Assembly: GCA_905370345.1 (NCBI GenBank)
Contig: CAJPKE010000001.1
Location: 1-62,196 of the forward strand
Origin: Candidatus Saccharibacteria bacterium UBA6209
GTDB taxonomy: Bacteria > Patescibacteriota > Saccharimonadia > Saccharimonadales > Saccharimonadaceae
DNA: 62,196 nucleotides
Reading direction: 5' to 3'
Shown here: positions 10,757-21,602 of the stretch, one piece after another
Position numbering within the stretch: position 1 is the first letter of the stretch
Layout: each line of letters begins with the position of its first letter
The notes under the pieces: model-generated
Told to the model about the DNA's origin: nothing
Database searches by the model: none
What the model saw: the letters and a program-made list of their open reading frames with translations, nothing else
Translations under genes and position numbers: made by a program

Positions 10757-11563
10757 CTATTGTTTATTCACCAAATTAATCAGCTCAGCCTCGTGTTGAG
10801 CTGATGTTTTTGAGCGACCATTTGTGCGCTTTTTAGGAACGCTAGTCTTCTGCTTTACAGGTTTTTTCTGTTCAACCACAAGCTTCGCAAACATCATTTT
10901 TCCAGCGTCGGTCTGCAAGCTTCGGATAATCTCAATCTTCTTCGTTTGTCCAATGTAGCGCTTGGCGTTCTCAACAACCACCATCGTTCCATCTTTCAAA
11001 TAGCCAACCGCTTGATGAGAATCTTGCCCCTTCTGCGACAGTTCCAAATCCAGCTCGTCACCAGGCAAATAACTCATCCGCAAGCTCTTTGCTAGCTCAT
11101 TGATATTCAAAACCTTAACGCCGTCAACTTGCGCCACCTTATTCAAATTATAGTCAAGCGTCAACACTGCCGCATCCATTTCCTTTGCCAATTTCAATAA
11201 GCGCGAATCCACACCTTCTGGCACGCGAATATTATCGTCATATAGCTCAAAAGAAGATTTCAAAATGTCCTTAAGCTCCTTCACAACATCCATACCGAAC
11301 CGCGCCCTTTCACGCTTATCGTGGTCTGCGCCATCAGCCAATAATTGCAGCTCCGTCAATACACTCCTTGGCACAATAATTTTTCCCAGTAAAAATCCGG
11401 TCTTCGCCAGTTCAGTCACTCGCCCGTCCATGAGTACTGACGTGTCGACCAAAATCGGCGTCGCGCCCACAGATGAATTTCGTCGCGGTTTTGCCAAGAA
11501 ATAAACCTCAGCCGCCAAACCAAGCAACATTATAATTATTATCAATCCGTAAAAATCTTTCAT
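10757..11563 (-). CDS. PIN/TRAM domain membrane protein (YacL-like)
   Basis: VDTSVLMDGR, TLDYNLNKVA, GYLKDGTMVVVE; downstream of radA. Confidence 0.88.
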   Translation of the reverse strand: MKDFYGLIIIIMLLGLAAEVYFLAKPRRNSSVGATPILVDTSVLMDGRVTELAKTGFLLGKIIVPRSVLTELQLLADGADHDKRERARFGMDVVKELKDILKSSFELYDDNIRVPEGVDSRLLKLAKEMDAAVLTLDYNLNKVAQVDGVKVLNINELAKSLRMSYLPGDELDLELSQKGQDSHQAVGYLKDGTMVVVENAKRYIGQTKKIEIIRSLQTDAGKMMFAKLVVEQKKPVKQKTSVPKKRTNGRSKTSAQHEAELINLVNKQ

Positions 11564-11574
11564 TTTTTCCCTTT

Positions 11575-12924
11575 CTATTGTAAATAGTCAATCAGCGCCT
11601 GCCGCATATCGCTGACGCCTTTTATAAATTTATCTTTATGAACTTTTGGCGCAATCGCATAAGTGAAGCCCAGCTTCTTCGCCTCTTTAATTCGAGCTTG
11701 CCAATTCGTCGCCGAACGAACCTCGCCACCCAAACCAATCTCGCCAAACACCACGGCGCCTTCATCAAGACTTCGCCCAGCGCTAGCGCTAGCAATCGCC
11801 ATCGCCACAGCCAAATCAGCCGCTGGATCATTTAGTTTCAGACCGCCAACCACATTGACATAAATATCTTTGTCCGCCAATTTCAACTTGGTTCTCTTCT
11901 CTAAAACCGCCACCAACAGATTCAATCGATTCAGATCAAAACCACTCGCCGTGCGCTTAGGATAGCCAAAATTCGTCGGATTAACTAGCGCCTGAATCTC
12001 CACCAAAAGCGGACGTGCGCCTTCCATGGTCGCCAACACAATTGACCCATCCAGATTCTGCCGCTCCGCCAGAAGTTCCGCCGACGGATTCTTCACGATT
12101 CTTAGACCCTGCTCGTCCATCTCAAAAATTGCCGCTTCATTAGTCGAACCATATCGATTCTTCTGCGCCCGAACAACTCGAAAACCGCCATATCGATCGC
12201 CCTCAAAGTTCAGCACAACGTCCACCAAATGTTCTAATATTTTCGGACCAGCAATCGAGCCCTCTTTGGTGACGTGACCAACCAAAATCACCGCCGTACC
12301 CGAAGCTTTGGCGGCACGAATAATTACATTTGACGAGTTGGTGATCTGGCTAACCGACCCCGGAGCGGAGGAAATCTCACTGAGAGAAATTGTCTGAACC
12401 GAATCGACAATCGCCAGATCATATCCGCCTTGCTGAATTGACGCCGCAATATCTTCCGCGCTATTACTGGACGCCAGCTGCATTTTTTCCGAATCAGCCG
12501 CACCCAAACGCTCCGCACGAAGCTTCACTTGAGAAACCGACTCCTCGCCGCTCACATATAACACCGATTTTGTCTTGGCGATATGTGCCGCAACTTGCGC
12601 CAAAAGCGTACTTTTCCCAATTCCTGGCTGACCCGCCACCAACACCACGCCGCCAACCAAAAATCCACCACCCAAAACAGTGTCCAAATCGTCAATTCCC
12701 GTGCTTAATCTTTCTAGTCCAGACTCAGAGGCAGCTTCACGAATGCTAGACGTTTTCAAGGCTTTGCCGCGCCCAGCAGATTTATCGACAACAGATGAGC
12801 CACCAGAAGAAACGACCTGCTCGACTAGTGAATTCCATTCTCCGCAATTTTCACACCTGCCAGCCCACTTTGAAAAACTAGCCCCGCACTGCTGACAAAC
12901 AAATTGACTTTTAGCTTTCGCCAT
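11575..12924 (-). CDS. radA: DNA repair protein RadA/Sms
   Basis: C4 zinc finger, GQPGIGKSTLL, KNRYG, Lon-like C-terminus. Confidence 0.97.
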   Translation of the reverse strand: MAKAKSQFVCQQCGASFSKWAGRCENCGEWNSLVEQVVSSGGSSVVDKSAGRGKALKTSSIREAASESGLERLSTGIDDLDTVLGGGFLVGGVVLVAGQPGIGKSTLLAQVAAHIAKTKSVLYVSGEESVSQVKLRAERLGAADSEKMQLASSNSAEDIAASIQQGGYDLAIVDSVQTISLSEISSAPGSVSQITNSSNVIIRAAKASGTAVILVGHVTKEGSIAGPKILEHLVDVVLNFEGDRYGGFRVVRAQKNRYGSTNEAAIFEMDEQGLRIVKNPSAELLAERQNLDGSIVLATMEGARPLLVEIQALVNPTNFGYPKRTASGFDLNRLNLLVAVLEKRTKLKLADKDIYVNVVGGLKLNDPAADLAVAMAIASASAGRSLDEGAVVFGEIGLGGEVRSATNWQARIKEAKKLGFTYAIAPKVHKDKFIKGVSDMRQALIDYLQ

Positions 12925-13904
12925 TATTTCGCCCCCTCCAAACTATCCAAACTTTTATTCAATTCATCAATCTGCACTCCCAACTCCCTGAGCCGCAAAA
13001 CATCAGAATTGTAAGAATTGATCTCAGAATTCAAATTGGCACGCCTTTCGTTCGATTTCGAAAGCTCCGCCTTCAGAGCTTGACGTTGACTATAAAAATC
13101 ACTCTGCGACAAGAATCCGCCGCTAATGCCCGCTCGCCGATTAAAGTCCGCCACGCGACCATTATAATCCGCCAAATCAGTTGAATATTGTGATAATTCT
13201 CTATTTAATTTTTCCTTTCGAACCTTCAATGATTCACTCAACTTCTGCGCTTCATTTTCTCTGGATTCAAATTTTTCTTGATATTGCGCGTGCAATTTCA
13301 CCACTTCGAATCTATCAGTAAAATATCGTCGGTAATATTCTTCCAGCTCGTCGCCCAAATCGGCAAATTCCGTCCCCAAAATCGAATGCAACTCGTTAGC
13401 TCTCGTTCCAGGTTGCGCACGATCATAATACTCCATCCGCTCGGACAATTTCTTATTTTTCACATTATTATAAGCCTGCTCCAAAAGCCCGCTCAAATGA
13501 GATTTTTCCGACTCGCTCAGCCTTTCCCAGGCAGCGTGCAACATCTCATGCGCTGCCGTCACTTCTTTCACGCCATCAAGCTCAGAATTAGTTACGTTAT
13601 AAATATAAATATCTCTAGACGACGGATTGTAACAACCCAAAATTGCGTTTCCCTTTTCCACACGCCGACAATCTTCATTAAACTCATTCGCCGATTTGAT
13701 TTGTGGATTAGAAACATAGAACATTTTCCTGCCAACATCCGACATCTTTACGCGATCAGCAATAGCAACAATTTCCGCACTCGGCTTATATTGCCACAGC
13801 GTAATCTCGTCAATAATTTGCTGACGATTCATCATCACAAAAACCGCAGTAGAAAGTACAATTATCGGCGTGAGGACGCTGAATATTCTACGCACGATTG
13901 ACAT
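12924..13904 (-). CDS. Membrane-anchored HExxH protein with C-terminal coiled coil
   Basis: N-terminal hydrophobic segment, AAHEMLHA plus downstream NELHS, heptad-rich tail. Confidence 0.65.
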   Translation of the reverse strand: MSIVRRIFSVLTPIIVLSTAVFVMMNRQQIIDEITLWQYKPSAEIVAIADRVKMSDVGRKMFYVSNPQIKSANEFNEDCRRVEKGNAILGCYNPSSRDIYIYNVTNSELDGVKEVTAAHEMLHAAWERLSESEKSHLSGLLEQAYNNVKNKKLSERMEYYDRAQPGTRANELHSILGTEFADLGDELEEYYRRYFTDRFEVVKLHAQYQEKFESRENEAQKLSESLKVRKEKLNRELSQYSTDLADYNGRVADFNRRAGISGGFLSQSDFYSQRQALKAELSKSNERRANLNSEINSYNSDVLRLRELGVQIDELNKSLDSLEGAK

Positions 13905-16344
13905 TAATCACCACCTTATCATTATCAGTTTTAGCCTCCAGCGTGTCGCCAGGTTTTGCTTTATTGGACAATAAAACATCACTCAGCGGATCCGCCAATT
14001 CCGACTGAATTGTTCGTCTTAAAACTCGCACGCCGCGTTGCTCGTCAAATCCTCGATCAATCAACCAACGCTTCGCCGAAGAAGTAATATCAAGCGCCAT
14101 TCCATGTCGACCAACAGCTTTGATCAAGTCAGACGTGAGATTGTCAAAAATCTTTCGTACGACCGAACGAGAGAGTGGCTTAAATGTAATCACGCTATCA
14201 AATCTGCTAATCAATTCTGGACGCAAAAACTCCTCAAGCTCACGCAGAGCGGCACGCGAATTTTTCTCGTGACGATTTTCGCTAGCCGACTTTTTCTGCC
14301 CAGACACGCCAAATCCCAGCTCCGAGTCCTGAATCATTTGCTCGGCGCCGACGTTGCTCGTCAATATGACAATCGTCTGCCGAAAACTCACCGTTCGTCC
14401 GTGAGAATCGCTTAACTTACCGTCCTCCAGAATTTGCAAAAGCAAATTCAGAACGTCAGGATGCGCCTTTTCAATCTCATCGAACAACACCACGCTATAT
14501 GGTCGACGACGAACTTTATCCGTTAATTTCCCGCCATCCTCATAGCCAACATAACCAGCCGGCGCACCAACCAGCCGACTAGCCGTGTGACGCTCGGAAA
14601 ACTCGCTCATGTCAATTTTAATCAAACTATCATCGCCGCCAAAAACTTCCCGCGCCAGAACTCGCGCCAATTCCGTTTTTCCAACTCCGGTCGGTCCCAG
14701 AAAAATAAACGACCCAAGCGGCCCACTCTGACGACTCAAACCAGCTTTATTGCGGCGAATCGCGCGCGCCAGTTGCTCAATCGCTTCATTCTGACCAAGA
14801 ACACTCCGACTCAGACGCTTCTCCAGGCGAATCAAATCCTTCATCTGATTTAACGATAATCTGTCAATCGGAATATTCGTCATTGCCGAAACCGCTCGAC
14901 GCAAATATTCATCGGTCAATACCGGCTCATCACTGACTTCATCTTTCAGCGCTTCGGCTTGCAATTCCAATTGCCTCATTTGCATCTTAAACTCTGCAGC
15001 CTTTTCGTAATTTTCAGCCTCGACCGCGGCGTCAATTTTTCCAGCCAATCGCTTAATTTGGCGAGCCAACTTATCCTTGCGCGACAATTTTATTGGCGAG
15101 CTAGACTTCAATAAACTCGCCGCCTCGTCAATCACGTCGATCGCTTTATCTGGCAAAAATCGCTCCGTCACGTAACGCCGACTCAAATCCACCGCCTCAG
15201 TCAGCATTTCGTCAGGAATTTGAACTTGATGATGCTTAGCTAATTTTCCTCTCAATCCTCGCATCATCTCCACCGCCTCTTCTGGCGACGGCTCATTGAC
15301 CGTCACAGATTGGAAGCGCCGTGACAACGCAGCATCTTTTTCTATATGCTTTCGATATTCCTCAAACGTCGTCGCACCAATCAGTCGCACCTCGCCTCGC
15401 GACAACGCTGGCTTCAATACATTTGCCGCATCCATCGAGCCTTCGGCCGAACCAGCACCAACTAACAGATGTAACTCGTCAATAAACAAAATAACTTCTT
15501 GATGTTTTTTGGCGACCGCCAGAACTTTTTGCAATCTCTCCTCAAATTGTCCGCGATATTTCGTCCCAGCAATCATCGCCGTCAAATCCAATTGAAAAAG
15601 TCGCTTACCTTTCAAAAATTCGGGAACTTTATTATCAGCAATCCTCTGTGCCAAGCCCTCAACGACCGCAGTTTTACCGACGCCAGGTTCGCCAATTAGC
15701 GCTGGATTATTCTTGCTACGCCGACCCAAAATCGTGATCATTCGCTGAATTTCCGACGATCGACCAATCACCGGATCCAAAAATCCTTCGCTAGCACGCC
15801 GCGTCAAATCGACACCAAATTTCTCCAAAACTCGCAAATCGCCAGAATTTTTACTTGCCGTACTGCGTTCACTCTGCAGAGATTCAAACTGCTGTTTATC
15901 AAACACATCTTCCAAACTTCCACGCAGATTGTCAATGTCAACGTTCATATCCCGCAGCAATTTAGTCGCTCGCGCTTCGTGCTGCTGCAGCATTCCATAA
16001 ACGATGTGTTCCGTGCCAATTTTTTCCTGTCCAAATTCAATCGCTAATTGCCAAGCAATCCTTATCAATTCAACAACTTCAGCGCTCAAACCCTTACTTA
16101 CAATCGTAATCACCAGCGGCTTTGCGGTCAGGTTCAACGCCATTTCCGCACGATCCAAAGTTACGCCATTTTCCGCCAAAATCTTTGCGCCCAATGACGA
16201 ATTCTGCGCCAACACACCAAGCAAAATATGCTCCGTGCCAACATATTCGCTCCCCTCATTATGCGCCAGAAAACCAGCCCGCCCCAAACTGGCCCGAGCC
16301 GTTTCCGTTAGCCGAGGTTCTAGTTCAGAAAAATCTTCTGACAT
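13888..16344 (-). CDS. clpC: ATP-dependent Clp protease ATPase subunit ClpC
   Basis: Clp-N repeats, two AAA modules ([16 protein letters not shown]), UVR motif; start moved to the ATG at 16344 behind an AGGAGG SD. Confidence 0.92.
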   Translation of the reverse strand: MSEDFSELEPRLTETARASLGRAGFLAHNEGSEYVGTEHILLGVLAQNSSLGAKILAENGVTLDRAEMALNLTAKPLVITIVSKGLSAEVVELIRIAWQLAIEFGQEKIGTEHIVYGMLQQHEARATKLLRDMNVDIDNLRGSLEDVFDKQQFESLQSERSTASKNSGDLRVLEKFGVDLTRRASEGFLDPVIGRSSEIQRMITILGRRSKNNPALIGEPGVGKTAVVEGLAQRIADNKVPEFLKGKRLFQLDLTAMIAGTKYRGQFEERLQKVLAVAKKHQEVILFIDELHLLVGAGSAEGSMDAANVLKPALSRGEVRLIGATTFEEYRKHIEKDAALSRRFQSVTVNEPSPEEAVEMMRGLRGKLAKHHQVQIPDEMLTEAVDLSRRYVTERFLPDKAIDVIDEAASLLKSSSPIKLSRKDKLARQIKRLAGKIDAAVEAENYEKAAEFKMQMRQLELQAEALKDEVSDEPVLTDEYLRRAVSAMTNIPIDRLSLNQMKDLIRLEKRLSRSVLGQNEAIEQLARAIRRNKAGLSRQSGPLGSFIFLGPTGVGKTELARVLAREVFGGDDSLIKIDMSEFSERHTASRLVGAPAGYVGYEDGGKLTDKVRRRPYSVVLFDEIEKAHPDVLNLLLQILEDGKLSDSHGRTVSFRQTIVILTSNVGAEQMIQDSELGFGVSGQKKSASENRHEKNSRAALRELEEFLRPELISRFDSVITFKPLSRSVVRKIFDNLTSDLIKAVGRHGMALDITSSAKRWLIDRGFDEQRGVRVLRRTIQSELADPLSDVLLSNKAKPGDTLEAKTDNDKVVINVNRA

Positions 16345-16384
16345 ATCGCCCTCCTTTCGTTTTCGGCGATTCGCAGAAGGCAGC

Positions 16385-17506
16385 CTATTCCGCCACCTCC
16401 TCAACTACGCTCATCAAGCTATCCTCAATATTCTTTCGAGGTTTTGGCTCCGCCTTAACGGGAGTTTTTGCTTCGATGTCTAATTCATAGCCAGTCAATC
16501 GACTTGCCAAGCGAACGTTCTGTCCGGCACGACCGATTGCTATTGACTGCTGATCTTCGCTAACGTAAACCGTCGCACGCTTCTCATCTTCATTGACAGT
16601 CACACTCAAAACCTCTGCCGGGCTCATTGCATTAGCAATAAATCCAGCCGCATCTTCCTCGTATGGAATAATGTCAATCTTTTCCTGCTCACCAATTTCA
16701 TTCATCACAGCCTGAACACGGGCGCCATGACCACCAACAAACGTACCAACTGGATCAACGCCAGGTAGCGCTGAAGAAACCGCCAATTTAGTTCGGCGAC
16801 CAGCTTCACGTGCGATTGCCTTAATCTCAACTGCACCAGTTTCCATCTCTGGGACTTCTTGGTTGAACAAGAATCGCACAAACTCTTCATTACCGCGGCT
16901 AAGAATCAATTGCGGACCGCGACCTTCGCGCTCGATATCCTTAATATAAACCTTAATTCGACGACCAACGCCGTAATATTCGCCAGGGATTTGCTCACTC
17001 TGAGGCATAATTCCGACAGCCTTGCCCAGCTCAATTCGCACAACACGTGGCTCAACTCGCTGAACCGTACCAATAACAACCGTACCGATTTTATCTTCAA
17101 ATTCCGCCAAGACAACTTCACGCTCAGCTTCGCGCAAACGCTGCAGAATCACTTGCTTAGCAGTCTGAGCCGCAACTCGACCAAAAGTCGTCACGTTATG
17201 AGTTTCCATCACAACTTCACCGCCAAGTTCAGCCGCAGGATCTATCTCCTTAGCTTCCTCTAGGTCGATTTGATTGGCGTCATTCTCAACTTCTTCAACA
17301 ACAGTTTTAACAACCGACACGACAGCCGTACCGTTATTGACATTCAAGCTTGCGCGAACCAACTGATCTCGCGTACCATTATCACGACGCCAAGCCGCCG
17401 CAATCGCCTGCTCAATCACGCTCAAAACTGTTTCTTCTGGCAAGTTTTTTTCCTCAGCAATCGTACGCACTGCCAACGTCAACTGCTTAATGTTCAAGTC
17501 TTCCAT
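16385..17506 (-). CDS. nusA: Transcription factor NusA
   Basis: FGRVAAQTAKQVI, S1 and KH domains, AIGRAGQNVRLASRLTG. Confidence 0.97.
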   Translation of the reverse strand: MEDLNIKQLTLAVRTIAEEKNLPEETVLSVIEQAIAAAWRRDNGTRDQLVRASLNVNNGTAVVSVVKTVVEEVENDANQIDLEEAKEIDPAAELGGEVVMETHNVTTFGRVAAQTAKQVILQRLREAEREVVLAEFEDKIGTVVIGTVQRVEPRVVRIELGKAVGIMPQSEQIPGEYYGVGRRIKVYIKDIEREGRGPQLILSRGNEEFVRFLFNQEVPEMETGAVEIKAIAREAGRRTKLAVSSALPGVDPVGTFVGGHGARVQAVMNEIGEQEKIDIIPYEEDAAGFIANAMSPAEVLSVTVNEDEKRATVYVSEDQQSIAIGRAGQNVRLASRLTGYELDIEAKTPVKAEPKPRKNIEDSLMSVVEEVAE

Positions 17507-17555
17507 TATATTCTCCTTCTTATTAATTATATCTTTTTCCGTCTCAAACTTCCAT

Positions 17556-17626
17556 AAACGAAAAACTCCGACCTGCCGGCCGGATTAGTACTTCTCTATT
17601 GTAGCGGAAAGATTCTATTCTGTCAA
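17556..17626 (-). promoter_or_regulatory. nusA promoter with leader terminator (attenuator)
   Basis: TTGACA(17626-17621)-17 bp-TACAAT(17603-17598), then TCCGGCC-GGCA-GGTCGGA hairpin plus GTTTTTCGTTT before the gene. Confidence 0.75.
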
Positions 17627-17659
17627 TCCAATTCTTTTCGCCAAAGAGATAAACATTTC

Positions 17660-18082
17660 TTAGTGGATGGGCGATATTTGGTCAAAGCCAATTCTTTGGT
17701 AAAACTCTTCAGCGGATTTTAGGGAATACAATTTGACGGCACGCGCGTCTGGATATTCACTAGCCAAAGCTTCAATAGCCGCCCGACCAATTCCTCGCTT
17801 GCGCGCAACTTCCCTAACAAAAAGATCTTCTATAGTAACCTCGCCGTCACCATTAGGGCATACAGTCATAAGCCCAGATGACAACTCTTCACCAGAAGTA
17901 TCAATAGCAAAAACGTCGCTACCGTAGTAATTATTCATACCTTTTAAATATTCTATTAAATCCTTTTTCGCACTATCCGGAAACTCACAGCCCAAAACAG
18001 ACTCCGAATGAGCTACGGCTGCCCGCTCCAAAGCTTCATCATCATTCACTGACAATTTAGTAAGACATACTTCAGATTTCAT
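17660..18082 (-). CDS. GNAT family acetyltransferase
   Basis: LFVREVARKRGIGRA acetyl-CoA motif and AEEFYQRIGF. Confidence 0.8.
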   Translation of the reverse strand: MKSEVCLTKLSVNDDEALERAAVAHSESVLGCEFPDSAKKDLIEYLKGMNNYYGSDVFAIDTSGEELSSGLMTVCPNGDGEVTIEDLFVREVARKRGIGRAAIEALASEYPDARAVKLYSLKSAEEFYQRIGFDQISPIH

Positions 18083-18118
18083 TCTACCATTTTATCATAA
18101 AAACGTATTTTGTCAATA

Positions 18119-18808
18119 TTATACTTCCACGCATTTTTCCAGGATTCCCGACATCGCGCTTTTTTCAGCTTCCGTTACCCACAAGCGATATCGTCGCTTT
18201 ATTGCTATCTGGCGCGCCACATACTGACAACGAAACGGCTTATTACTCGGCAGCCAAGTCGCCGCATCGCCATCACCTTTGGCTTGATTTGCTGGGCCGT
18301 CAACCGCCAACAGATTCAATGGATCGTTCGCCAATTTCTCTCGCTCTTCTGGAGAAATTTGCTGCGCACCCTTTTGCCAAGCATCACTCAAAGCCACGAC
18401 GTGATCAATCTGAACCTTAGAACTGGTTTTTTCACCACGCTGAAATTGAATTGTTTGACCAGTGTACGGATCGTTCAATACACCCGACAAAACTCGACAT
18501 TTTTCATCAATTTTCTCATCCGTCAAATCTCGAGCCAGAATTACTTCCCGTACAGAACAGCCGTTAATTTTGCCCCAGCCGTTGCCGAATTGCTTTCTGG
18601 AATAGCCAGTCTTTGGCGCGCGTCCTTTAACTTCTATCTTTTCCAATTCCGATTTAGCGTTCGAAGCACCAAATAATTCTCGTTGTGTTGAAGTTTGAAT
18701 TGTCTGAGGTTCGGGTTGCGAAATTCGCGAAGCCCAAACCGCCACGCCGACTATCAAAATTACCAGCGCAATCACCACTTGCCGACGTCGTATTTTATTC
18801 ACCCTCAT
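18119..18808 (-). CDS. Exported HNH nuclease, DUF1524 family
   Basis: N-terminal TM, DPYTG, VQIDHVVAL, NDPLNLLAVDGPANQAKGD, WLP. Confidence 0.85.
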   Translation of the reverse strand: MRVNKIRRRQVVIALVILIVGVAVWASRISQPEPQTIQTSTQRELFGASNAKSELEKIEVKGRAPKTGYSRKQFGNGWGKINGCSVREVILARDLTDEKIDEKCRVLSGVLNDPYTGQTIQFQRGEKTSSKVQIDHVVALSDAWQKGAQQISPEEREKLANDPLNLLAVDGPANQAKGDGDAATWLPSNKPFRCQYVARQIAIKRRYRLWVTEAEKSAMSGILEKCVEV

Positions 18809-18828
18809 GGCTGTATTATAATTAAATT
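18809..18828. promoter_or_regulatory. Overlapping divergent -10 boxes driving two leaderless genes
   Basis: ATTATAAT core gives TATAAT on both strands, each exactly 6 nt from an ATG. Confidence 0.7.
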
Positions 18829-21342
18829 ATGACTAAAGTTCCACGCTTACTTGACACATTCACACCAAATCATTACAACCTAACTCTCGATTTAACACGC
18901 GCCGAGGAAAAAGAATTTTCTGGTACAGTTATCATTTCTGGCGATTCCATCAGCGAATCAATTTCGCTACATTCCAAAGGCTTAACAATTCAATCAGCCA
19001 CAATCGACAATCAGCCCGCCGACGTTTCATTTGGTGAGTTTGACGAATTGAGATTATCCCAGCCGAACCTTGAAAACGGAAATCACACAATTCACATCAA
19101 TTTTTCTGGAAATATTACCGACGCAATGCACGGCTTGTATCCTTGTTATTTCACTCACGACGGCGTTAAAAAACAACTTTTTGCGACTCAATTTGAATCG
19201 CATCACGCCCGCGAAGTTTTCCCTTGCGTTGACGAACCAGCCGCCAAAGCCGAATACGATTTGACGCTAATAACTCGCCCAGGGATAACAGTTTTGGGAA
19301 ATATGCCCGTAAAATTCCAGAAAGAAAACGGCGATTCTCTCACTACAACATTTGAGAAAACACCACGAATGAGCAGCTATCTTCTGGCTTTTGTCATCGG
19401 TGAATTGCACAAAAAAACCGCCCGCACCAAATCTGGCGTCGAGGTTAACGTCTGGGCAACGCCAGCTCAGAATGAAAATACATTAGATTTTGCGTTAGAT
19501 ATAGCCACTCGTTCAATTGATTTTTATGACGAATATTTCGGCGTCAAATATCCATTGCCAAAATCCGATCACGTAGCGCTTCCCGACTTTTCGTCTGGCG
19601 CAATGGAAAACTGGGGTTTAATCACTTACCGAGAAAGTTGTTTACTAGCAGACCCAGAATTAACCCCAGAATCATCCAGGCGCTTCATCGCGACTGTGAT
19701 TGCGCACGAACTTAGCCATCAATGGTTCGGCAATTTGGTTACCATGCAGTGGTGGAATGATTTATGGCTCAACGAAAGCTTTGCCAATATGATGGAATAT
19801 GTAGCAATTGACGCACTCCAGCCAGATTGGCGCATGTGGGAAGATTTTGCCACGAATGAAGTAACGGCCGCACTCAGACGCGACAGTTTGGACGGCGTTC
19901 AATCCGTTCAAGCCGACGTCAATCATCCAGACGAAATCAGCACTTTGTTCGACCCGGCAATTGTTTACGCCAAGGGTGGACGACTGCTAGTTATGATCAG
20001 GAAGCTTATTGGCGAAGAGGCATTTCGCGCTGGACTTAAATCATATTTTGAAAAATTCGCGTATAAAAACACTGTCGGAAATGATTTATGGCAAGAATTG
20101 GAATCAGCGAGCGGTCAGCCAATTGTCAATCTAATGAACGCTTGGATTTCCCGACCTGGCCTTCCTGTCGTATCAGTTTCAAACAGTCACGACGCGGCGA
20201 TTTTAAGTCAGGAACGCTTCTTCATCGGCGAACACCGACCATCTGACGCATTATGGCCGATTCCATTATTCGCAAACCAGCTGCTTGACATAAAAATCTT
20301 GAATCAAAAAGAAACCACCGTTTCTATTGAAAAGCCATTACAATTAAACTGCGGATTAAGCGCCCACTTCGTCACCAAATATGACGAATCCACTCGCGAA
20401 TATTTATTGAAAAACATTACAGAATTGCCGACTTTGGACAAGATTTGCATTTTACAAGACGCGACGATACTCGCCCGCGCTGGATTTGAAAACTCGGCGT
20501 CACTACTTCCATTGGCATTGTCGCTAAAAACCGAAACCAACGAAAAAGTCTTCGGGATGGCGGCTGGTGCTTTGACGGAGCTACGAAAATTCGTCGATGA
20601 TAATGACGCCGCCAGAGATTCATTAAAGAAAATTTCTGGAGAATTTGCGCGCGCCACATTTGAAGATCTTGGCTGGGATGAAAAAGATGGAGAATCGGAC
20701 GACAACCGCGAGCGACGCACCACGGCTTTGAGCTTGATGATGTATAGCGAAGATGAAGAAGTTTTGGACGAGGCAAAAACGCGTTTTGATAGTAATAAAT
20801 TAGAAGACTTACCGACAGAAATTCGAGCTTTAATTATCAGCGCAAACGTAAGACATTTCGAGACGTCAGAGATGATTGAAAATCTCTTTGCCGCATATAA
20901 AAACACGCCGTCGAATGACATGCAGAATGATATTGCAATTGGACTAACTTCTACCAAAAACCCTGAAACCGCAGAAAAAATTCTTGCCAACATTAAAGAT
21001 TCCAATGTTATCCGACCGCAAGACGCCAGCCGTTGGTTTGTATATTTAATTCGCACCAGAGAAAGTCGCCAGATTGCTTGGAATTGGCTGAAAGAAAACT
21101 GGGCATGGGTCGAAGATACATTTGGAGAAGATAAAAGTTACGACGATTTCATTCGCTATGCAGCTACGGCGCTACTAACTCCTAATGAACTTAACGACTT
21201 TCGACAATTCTTTGAACCGATGGAAAATATTCCAGCCCTCGCCAGAACGATTAAGCTGGGAATTACCGAAATATCAGCACGCGTCGAGTTGATTGAGCGA
21301 GATAAGGCAAACGTGCTCTCTGCTTTGCAAACAACACTGTGA
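18829..21342 (+). CDS. pepN: M1 family aminopeptidase
   Basis: GAMENWG, HELSHQW, LWLNESFA, ERAP1-like C-terminus. Confidence 0.93.
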   Translation: MTKVPRLLDTFTPNHYNLTLDLTRAEEKEFSGTVIISGDSISESISLHSKGLTIQSATIDNQPADVSFGEFDELRLSQPNLENGNHTIHINFSGNITDAMHGLYPCYFTHDGVKKQLFATQFESHHAREVFPCVDEPAAKAEYDLTLITRPGITVLGNMPVKFQKENGDSLTTTFEKTPRMSSYLLAFVIGELHKKTARTKSGVEVNVWATPAQNENTLDFALDIATRSIDFYDEYFGVKYPLPKSDHVALPDFSSGAMENWGLITYRESCLLADPELTPESSRRFIATVIAHELSHQWFGNLVTMQWWNDLWLNESFANMMEYVAIDALQPDWRMWEDFATNEVTAALRRDSLDGVQSVQADVNHPDEISTLFDPAIVYAKGGRLLVMIRKLIGEEAFRAGLKSYFEKFAYKNTVGNDLWQELESASGQPIVNLMNAWISRPGLPVVSVSNSHDAAILSQERFFIGEHRPSDALWPIPLFANQLLDIKILNQKETTVSIEKPLQLNCGLSAHFVTKYDESTREYLLKNITELPTLDKICILQDATILARAGFENSASLLPLALSLKTETNEKVFGMAAGALTELRKFVDDNDAARDSLKKISGEFARATFEDLGWDEKDGESDDNRERRTTALSLMMYSEDEEVLDEAKTRFDSNKLEDLPTEIRALIISANVRHFETSEMIENLFAAYKNTPSNDMQNDIAIGLTSTKNPETAEKILANIKDSNVIRPQDASRWFVYLIRTRESRQIAWNWLKENWAWVEDTFGEDKSYDDFIRYAATALLTPNELNDFRQFFEPMENIPALARTIKLGITEISARVELIERDKANVLSALQTTL

Positions 21343-21359
21343 TATATTATGCCACATTT

Positions 21360-21602
21360 TTGACAAAATCTATTGACATTTTATACTATTAGTGGTATAA
21401 ATAGACACAGCTTTTGTTGACAAGTTGAGTAAATCCTTGTCCGGAAGCGCACTTTGACAAGTGAAGAGAATCTATAAGACGAAGGTGAGATTTTGCGGTA
21501 TTCTAATAAGTACCTCGAAACCTCATCTTCGATCTATGCCATCCGGGCGTTGATCAGTGTTTCCAGCACGGGCGTTCGCCCAGATGAGGAGAGAGTACTA
21601 CA
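21360..21602 (+). promoter_or_regulatory. Cassette A: sigma70-type promoter and ~195-nt structured leader
   Basis: Tandem TTGACA (21360, 21373), 17 bp, TGG-TATAAAT; hairpins 21408-21427, 21480-21531, 21540-21586; boxA-like GCACTTTGACAA 21449-21460; SD AGGAGAG 21587-21593. Confidence 0.75.

Noticed and set aside
20304..21056. Long antisense ORFs (also 13278-13901, 31043-31684 and others)
   Set aside because: Shadows of well-supported genes on the opposite strand, with no motifs
21581..21600. CAGATGAG in the cassette A leader as a 5' hammerhead (retrozyme-like pair)
   Set aside because: No stem II or GAAA; it is the 3' arm of a hairpin and the SD
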